Below, in pieces: positions 59,104 through 64,000 of a stretch of DNA of 64,000 nucleotides. Below the pieces are notes generated by a model. It did not search any database. It saw nothing but the letters and a program-made list of their open reading frames with translations, and was not told the DNA's origin. Source of the DNA: an uncultured Alphaproteobacteria bacterium (lineage in GTDB: Bacteria; Pseudomonadota; Alphaproteobacteria; RF32; CAG-239). Within the stretch, counting starts at the first letter, position 1. Every line of letters begins with the position of its first letter. The stretch is from assembly GCA_949297145.1 (NCBI GenBank), contig CASFQO010000008.1, forward strand, positions 46,766 to 110,765, written 5' to 3'. A program made the translations under genes and the position numbers.

Positions 59104-59189
59104 GAAGGGTGCAGGGTTGTTTTGCTGCCAACTCGGTCAGGTTCGGAAGAAAGCAGCCGTAACAGTTAAAATAAGGTCTGTTACCCTTC
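59104..59189 (+). ncRNA. ffs: Signal recognition particle RNA (small bacterial 4.5S type)
   Basis: Conserved domain IV motif GGUCAGGUUCGGAAGAAAGCAGCC; 5' GAAGGGU pairs with 3' ACCCUUC; typical position immediately upstream of dnaX. Confidence 0.7.
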
Positions 59190-59208
59190 TCCTCAAAAGA
59201 TAGAAAAG

Positions 59209-60903
59209 ATGGCAGAAGAAAATACAAACGAAAATCAATATGTCGTGTTGGCACGCAAATATCGTCCCCAAAATTTTGAAGATTTATTGGGGCAAGATGC
59301 ACTTGTGCAGACATTAACAAATGCCATTCAAAATAACAGATTACATCATGCCTATATATTAACAGGGATTCGCGGTGTTGGAAAAACAACAACAGCACGT
59401 CTAATTGCAAGAGCATTGAACTGCGTGGGGCCGGATGGTAAAGGTGGACCGACGATACATCCGTGCGGCGTATGTGATAATTGTAAAGCGATTGCAGCAG
59501 GGCGCCACATGGACGTTATGGAATTGGATGCTGCATCACATACCGGTGTAGACGATATTAGGGAATTGTTGGATAGTGCACGCTATGCCCCAACAAATGC
59601 GCGCTATAAAGTTTATATTATTGACGAAGTACATATGCTGTCCAAAGGAGCTTTTAATGCCTTGCTTAAGACATTGGAAGAGCCTCCGGCTCACGTAAAA
59701 TTTATTTTTGCAACAACTGAAATCAGAAAAGTTCCGGTAACGATTCTATCCAGATGCCAACGGTTTGATTTGCAACGCCTATCCGTTGAAACTCTGACGA
59801 AACTATTTACAAAAATATTGGCACAAGAAAATATTCCGGCGGAGAGCGAATGCTTGGATATTATAGCCAAAGCTGCTGACGGTTCTGCAAGAGACGGCCT
59901 ATCTCTATTAGATCAAGCCATTGTTTTGAGCAATGGAAACATCAAAACTGACACCGTTAAAAAAATGCTGGGTTTGGCAGATAGAAGCCAGACATTATCG
60001 CTGTTTGAAAAACTTGTAAAAGGTGATATGGAAGGCGTACTGAAAGATATTTCAGAACAATATACAAATGGCGCCACCCCGCTGATTATTCTGCAAGATT
60101 TAATCAACATCACACATGATTTAGCAAAGATAAAAATCGTTCCGGCTCTATTAAATTCTACAAGTTTGAGTGAGATAGAAAAAACAACCTTTACGGATTT
60201 AAGTGGAAAATGCTCTTTGGCAATATTATCTAAGATATGGCAAATGTTGATTAAAGGAATAACAGAAATCAATATGGCACCATCAGCAGTAGAAGCACTG
60301 GAAATGATTTTATTGCGGGTGGCATATTCTGCTTCACTTCCAACACCATATGAAATCTTAAACGAAGTAAAAAAAAACTCTAATTTAATAAGCTCAATCA
60401 ATACCAATCCTACTCAAGGAAATGAAAAAAAAAATAATGTAGCACCAGAAAATCAAAGTGAAGGGGTTACATTTAATACGATAGAAGATTTTTTACGCTA
60501 TTTAGAGGGAGCGAAAAAAGCTCTATTGGAATATTCCATCAAAAATGATGTCTGCATCAGAGAGTTTTCCAATGGCCATATAGCCATGAATATTGCTCCG
60601 ACAATCCATCAAGATTTCATAATGAATTTGCACAAATTGCTGAGCGAAGTAACCGGAAAACAATGGGAAATAGAGATAGTTAAAGGTGAATTAGGGGAAA
60701 CAATTGCCGACAAAGAAAAATCAGCGGTGGAAGCAAAGAAAAAAAATGTTGCAGAATATCCATTGGTAAAGAAAATATTAGAAGAATTTAAGGGTTCCAA
60801 AATTGAAACAGTCGTTCGTAAAAACTTAGATAACTTAGCGGAAGAAGAACCCGAAATTTCAGAAGAAAATAATAGTTCAACAGATTATGAAGAAGAGGAA
60901 TAA
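59209..60903 (+). CDS. dnaX: DNA polymerase III subunits gamma/tau
   Basis: Walker A GIRGVGKTTTARL; zinc module CVGPDGKGGPTIHPCGVCDNC; SRC sensor motif. Confidence 0.93.
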   Translation: MAEENTNENQYVVLARKYRPQNFEDLLGQDALVQTLTNAIQNNRLHHAYILTGIRGVGKTTTARLIARALNCVGPDGKGGPTIHPCGVCDNCKAIAAGRHMDVMELDAASHTGVDDIRELLDSARYAPTNARYKVYIIDEVHMLSKGAFNALLKTLEEPPAHVKFIFATTEIRKVPVTILSRCQRFDLQRLSVETLTKLFTKILAQENIPAESECLDIIAKAADGSARDGLSLLDQAIVLSNGNIKTDTVKKMLGLADRSQTLSLFEKLVKGDMEGVLKDISEQYTNGATPLIILQDLINITHDLAKIKIVPALLNSTSLSEIEKTTFTDLSGKCSLAILSKIWQMLIKGITEINMAPSAVEALEMILLRVAYSASLPTPYEILNEVKKNSNLISSINTNPTQGNEKKNNVAPENQSEGVTFNTIEDFLRYLEGAKKALLEYSIKNDVCIREFSNGHIAMNIAPTIHQDFIMNLHKLLSEVTGKQWEIEIVKGELGETIADKEKSAVEAKKKNVAEYPLVKKILEEFKGSKIETVVRKNLDNLAEEEPEISEENNSSTDYEEEE

Positions 60904-60906
60904 ATT

Positions 60907-61224
60907 ATGCTAAACATACAAGGATTGATGAAACAAGCTCAAATGATGCAAAGAAAGATGCAAGAAGCGCAAGAAAAACTTGCTGGAACGGAAATAACCG
61001 GTACATCTGGAAATGGCTTAGTAAGCGTTGTTTTAAATGGCAAATCCGAAATGAAAAAAATATCCATTGATAAAACATTAGCATCTGATGATATTGAAAT
61101 GTTAGAAGACCTAATAATGGTTGCCTATAATAATGCGCATGCACAAGTAGAAAATCTTGCAGAAGAAGGAATGAAAGAAGCGACCGGTGGCGTTAATCTA
61201 GGTGGGTTAAAACTTCCATTTTAG
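60907..61224 (+). CDS. ybaB: Nucleoid-associated protein YbaB/EbfC
   Basis: 105 aa; dnaX-ybaB-recR synteny. Confidence 0.88.
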   Translation: MLNIQGLMKQAQMMQRKMQEAQEKLAGTEITGTSGNGLVSVVLNGKSEMKKISIDKTLASDDIEMLEDLIMVAYNNAHAQVENLAEEGMKEATGGVNLGGLKLPF

Positions 61225-61232
61225 GAATATAA

Positions 61233-61826
61233 ATGTCAGGACAATATATAGAAGATTTAATAAAGATAATTGCGAAATTTCCATCGCTTGGATCTCGCTC
61301 TGCACGCAGAATAGTGTTACATTTGCTAAAGAAAAAAGAGACTCAGATACCGCAATTGATAAAAGCGTTGCAAGACGTTTATGATAATATAAAAGTGTGC
61401 GAAATATGTGGCAATTATGATACAGAAACACCGTGTTCAATATGCAGCTCATCAACAAGGGAGCAAAATACTTTGTGCGTCGTTCAGGATATAAGCGACT
61501 TATGGGCCTTAGAACGAGGAGGACTTTATCGAGGAAAATATCACGTATTGGGGGGAGTTCTTTCTGCAATAGAGGGCGTAACACCTGAAGATTTAAATAT
61601 AGATAAACTCATTCAAAGAATAGACACGGAAGAAATAACAGAAATCATATTAGCGCTTCCGGCAACAGTAGATGGGCAAATAACAATGCATTATATTTCT
61701 TCATTGTTGAAAGATAAGCCTATAAAGGTATCAACATTAGCGCAAGGCATTCCGGTTGGTGGAGAACTGGATTATATGGATGATGGCACCATAAAATTAG
61801 CGCTAGATCTACGCAAGCAAATTTAA
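61233..61826 (+). CDS. recR: Recombination protein RecR
   Basis: C4 zinc finger CEICGNYDTETPCSICSS; Toprim domain. Confidence 0.92.
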   Translation: MSGQYIEDLIKIIAKFPSLGSRSARRIVLHLLKKKETQIPQLIKALQDVYDNIKVCEICGNYDTETPCSICSSSTREQNTLCVVQDISDLWALERGGLYRGKYHVLGGVLSAIEGVTPEDLNIDKLIQRIDTEEITEIILALPATVDGQITMHYISSLLKDKPIKVSTLAQGIPVGGELDYMDDGTIKLALDLRKQI

Positions 61827-61832
61827 AGAAAA

Positions 61833-61866
61833 AGAGGATGGCTTTAGAGCTCATCCTCTTTTTCTT
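61833..61866. terminator. Bidirectional hairpin terminator between recR and the convergent response-regulator gene
   Basis: AAGAGGATG-(loop)-CATCCTCTT followed by TTTTC. Confidence 0.55.
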
Positions 61867-62566
61867 CAGTATTCTCCGGAAGCGAATTTTTATCAATGGA
61901 ATACCCATTAGCTCGTACCGTCCTGATATAATCCGGTCCATACTGATTAAGGGCTTTACGTAATCTTCTGATATGAACATCAACTGTTCTCGATTCGACA
62001 TAGATATTTTCACCCCAAACGGACTTCAAAAGCACCTCTCGAGAAAAGACTTTCCCAGGTTCTTTAAGAAGCATTTTAAGAAGCCTGAATTCTGTAGGAC
62101 TGAGGTGAAGTAAATGACCATTACGAAAAACTTTTCGCTCAGATAAATCCATCGTAATATCATCAAATACAATTATTTTTTCTTTTTCTTCAAACAGAGG
62201 AGCGCGTCGCATATTTGTTTTAACACGTGCCATCAACTCCGGAACAGAAAAAGGCTTTGTTACATAATCATCAGCACCCGCTCCCAAACCTTTGATTTTA
62301 TCCTCTTCTTGACCTTTTGCTGTCAACATAATAATGGGGATATTTTTGATATCTGGTTTAGAACGAATCATCTTACAAATTTCAATACCGGAAACTTCCG
62401 GAAGCATCCAATCAAGCAAAATAACGGAAGGCATCAATTTTTCAACTTCACTAACGGCATTTAAGCCATTGGTGACTGTTGCAACTTTATATCCTTCCTT
62501 TTCAAGATTATAGCTTAAAAGCATAGCTAAAGGTTCTTCATCTTCAATAATCATAACCAAACTCAT
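61844..62566 (-). CDS. phoB: OmpR/PhoB-family two-component response regulator
   Basis: Receiver domain with ILLDWMLPEVSGI; winged-helix output; strong similarity to the E. coli PhoB pattern …MLTAKGQEEDKIKGLGAGADDYVTKPFS. Confidence 0.7.
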   Translation of the reverse strand: MSLVMIIEDEEPLAMLLSYNLEKEGYKVATVTNGLNAVSEVEKLMPSVILLDWMLPEVSGIEICKMIRSKPDIKNIPIIMLTAKGQEEDKIKGLGAGADDYVTKPFSVPELMARVKTNMRRAPLFEEKEKIIVFDDITMDLSERKVFRNGHLLHLSPTEFRLLKMLLKEPGKVFSREVLLKSVWGENIYVESRTVDVHIRRLRKALNQYGPDYIRTVRANGYSIDKNSLPENTEEKEDEL

Positions 62567-63210
62567 CAGGCTATTCCTTTCAATTTTGCAATATTGTCAG
62601 CATAAGCATCATTTTTAAAAACAGTTGTGCCGGCAACAAGAATATCCGCTCCGGCATCAATGCATAAAGGTGCATTCTGAAAATTTATTCCCCCATCAAC
62701 TTCAAGTAAGATAGGTCGATTCCCAATAATTTTTTTTGTATGCATGAGGCGCTCAGGTGTATCTTCATAAAATTTTTGCCCACCAAAACCGGGCTGAACC
62801 CCCATCACTAAGATTAAATCAACCAAGTCAACTAATGGAGCAAGTAACTGCATATCTGAATTTGGCTTTAGGGTAACACCTGCTTTAATACCAAAGCTTT
62901 TAATCAATTGAATAGCTTGCAAGGGATTTGATGACGCCTCTAAATGAAAAGTAATCAAATCAGCTCCCGCTTCTGCATACCAAGGAATACAGTCATCGGG
63001 ATTGGTAACCATAAGATGTACATCAAAGGGAAGTTGTGAGAGAGGTTTTAATTCCTTAAGAATTTTAGGGCCAAAGGTAAGATTTGGAACAAAGTGCCCG
63101 TCCATAACGTCAAAATGGATAAAATCAGCTCCGGCCGCATCAAGACAAGCCACAGCTTTACCCAAAGAAGCGCTGTTTGCGGCTAAAAGACTAGGTGCTA
63201 TTTTGACCAT
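62566..63210 (-). CDS. rpe: Ribulose-phosphate 3-epimerase
   Basis: N-terminus IAPSLLAANSASLGKAV…HFDVMDGHFVPNLTFGP. Confidence 0.92.
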   Translation of the reverse strand: MVKIAPSLLAANSASLGKAVACLDAAGADFIHFDVMDGHFVPNLTFGPKILKELKPLSQLPFDVHLMVTNPDDCIPWYAEAGADLITFHLEASSNPLQAIQLIKSFGIKAGVTLKPNSDMQLLAPLVDLVDLILVMGVQPGFGGQKFYEDTPERLMHTKKIIGNRPILLEVDGGINFQNAPLCIDAGADILVAGTTVFKNDAYADNIAKLKGIA

Positions 63211-63352
63211 ATATAAACTCCTCTAATTACTATATTCACACTTTAAGCTACAAAACTTAAAGTGAGGTAAATAAAGAAAAGAGCAACTTGATAAATAGCA
63301 AGTAGAGATTATTTAGAGGACGTAATCATTTTATTAGTCAAAGGAGAAAACA

Positions 63353-63838
63353 ATGGGAGAAGTAGCACAGAGAATATGTAAACTGGAAAAGGAAGAAGTC
63401 ATAAAAATGCTGAATATTGCGTTTGCCGAGGAGTGGCTTGCATACTATCAATATTGGCTAGGTGCAAAGGTTGCCAAAGGGATAGAACGCCCTAAAATTG
63501 CCAAAGAGTTAAAAGAACATGGCGAAGAAGAATTAAAACATGCCGATTGGTTGGCAGAACGCATTATACAATTAGGAGGAACACCTCTGCTTGATCCATC
63601 CGAATGGAAAGAAACCGCTCAATGCAAATATGAAGCTCCTACAGATGGCAATACAGAAATCTTAGTATCACAAAATTTAACCGGAGAGCGATGCGCAATA
63701 GGTCGGTATCAGCAAATATGTGATAAATGCCGAGATAAAGATATAGAAACATACCGGATATCAGAGAAAATATTAAAAGAAGAAATAGAACATGAACAGG
63801 AAATGGAAGATTTTCTGACCGATTTTAAATACTATTAG
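63353..63838 (+). CDS. bfr: Bacterioferritin-like ferritin-family protein
   Basis: 161 aa; four-helix-bundle di-iron pattern E…E-x2-H…E…E-x2-H (…AEEWLAYYQYW…EELKHADWLAERI…). Confidence 0.7.
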   Translation: MGEVAQRICKLEKEEVIKMLNIAFAEEWLAYYQYWLGAKVAKGIERPKIAKELKEHGEEELKHADWLAERIIQLGGTPLLDPSEWKETAQCKYEAPTDGNTEILVSQNLTGERCAIGRYQQICDKCRDKDIETYRISEKILKEEIEHEQEMEDFLTDFKYY

Positions 63839-63863
63839 GTCATCAAGCGTTATAACCTATTAT

Positions 63864-63901
63864 TAACCTCTTAATGTTAAAACCAAAACATTAAGAGGTT
63901 A
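63864..63901 (+). terminator. Rho-independent terminator downstream of bfr
   Basis: Perfect 14-bp stem AACCTCTTAATGTT / AACATTAAGAGGTT followed by ATTTGAT. Confidence 0.6.
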
Positions 63902-63918
63902 TTTGATAGGGAGGTAGT

Positions 63919-64000
63919 TATGTTAGATAGAGAGCTCAAAAAACAGATGCAAAGATGGATAGATTGGCTCCAAACTCAAAGAAACTATTCTCCCCATACA
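63919..64000 (+). CDS. N-terminal fragment of a probable tyrosine recombinase (XerC/XerD-like), truncated by the window end
   Basis: MLDRELKKQMQRWIDWLQTQRNYSPHT resembles the integrase N-terminal SAM-like domain (…LSPHT). Confidence 0.35.

Noticed and set aside
63919-64000. Integrase fragment at the window end as evidence of a mobile or integrative element
   Set aside because: The N-terminal motif is equally consistent with chromosomal XerC/XerD, and the flanking genes (bfr, rpe) are housekeeping; no att-like repeats or tRNA target seen.
1-64000. tRNA genes, IS elements or transposases
   Set aside because: None of the intergenic regions over 100 bp contains a cloverleaf-compatible sequence with a CCA-adjacent acceptor stem, and no ORF resembles a DDE or serine transposase.

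Overview
Low-GC (roughly 33% by eye) alphaproteobacterial chromosome segment, probably from a Rickettsiales/Holosporales-like intracellular lineage. That assignment is inferred from gene content and order only. The right two thirds (23.9-64 kb) is conserved housekeeping DNA: engB, the yidC-yidD-rnpA-rpmH cluster, gpsA, the recF-dnaN-dnaA-rpsT block with a 717-bp AT-rich non-coding region, mutM, mfd, recG, recX, hslO, apaG, ptsP, a RodZ-like gene, prfA, truA, yraN-rsmI-lpoA, an SRP RNA upstream of dnaX-ybaB-recR, a PhoB-like response regulator, rpe and bfr. The left third (232-23870) is one tightly coupled ~23.6-kb operon encoding an rvh-like (Rickettsiales vir homolog) type IV secretion system core with extreme gigantism. 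Its order is secreted coiled-coil proteins, a 1801-aa Cys-rich secreted giant, virB8, a VirB7-like lipoprotein, a second virB8, virB9 fused to a SPOR-like C-terminal domain, a 2306-aa membrane-anchored protein made of a ~10/20-residue D-x-(D/N)-G-x-(V/I)-I-G hairpin repeat, a 1451-aa VirB10 carrying the same repeats plus a signal peptide, and virB11. VirB10 therefore appears split into an inner-membrane anchor half and an outer-membrane barrel half, each carrying a repeat array. Near-identical ~320-bp tandem DNA repeats lie inside the coding sequence. This resembles the CagY/CagX/CagT expansion of the H. pylori Cag system, but with a different and much larger repeat family. Other accessory features are a tandemly duplicated lipoprotein family with a thrice-repeated 5' region, a GH108 lysozyme-like protein, and a candidate dnaX frameshift site. 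No CRISPR array, IS element or tRNA gene was found.
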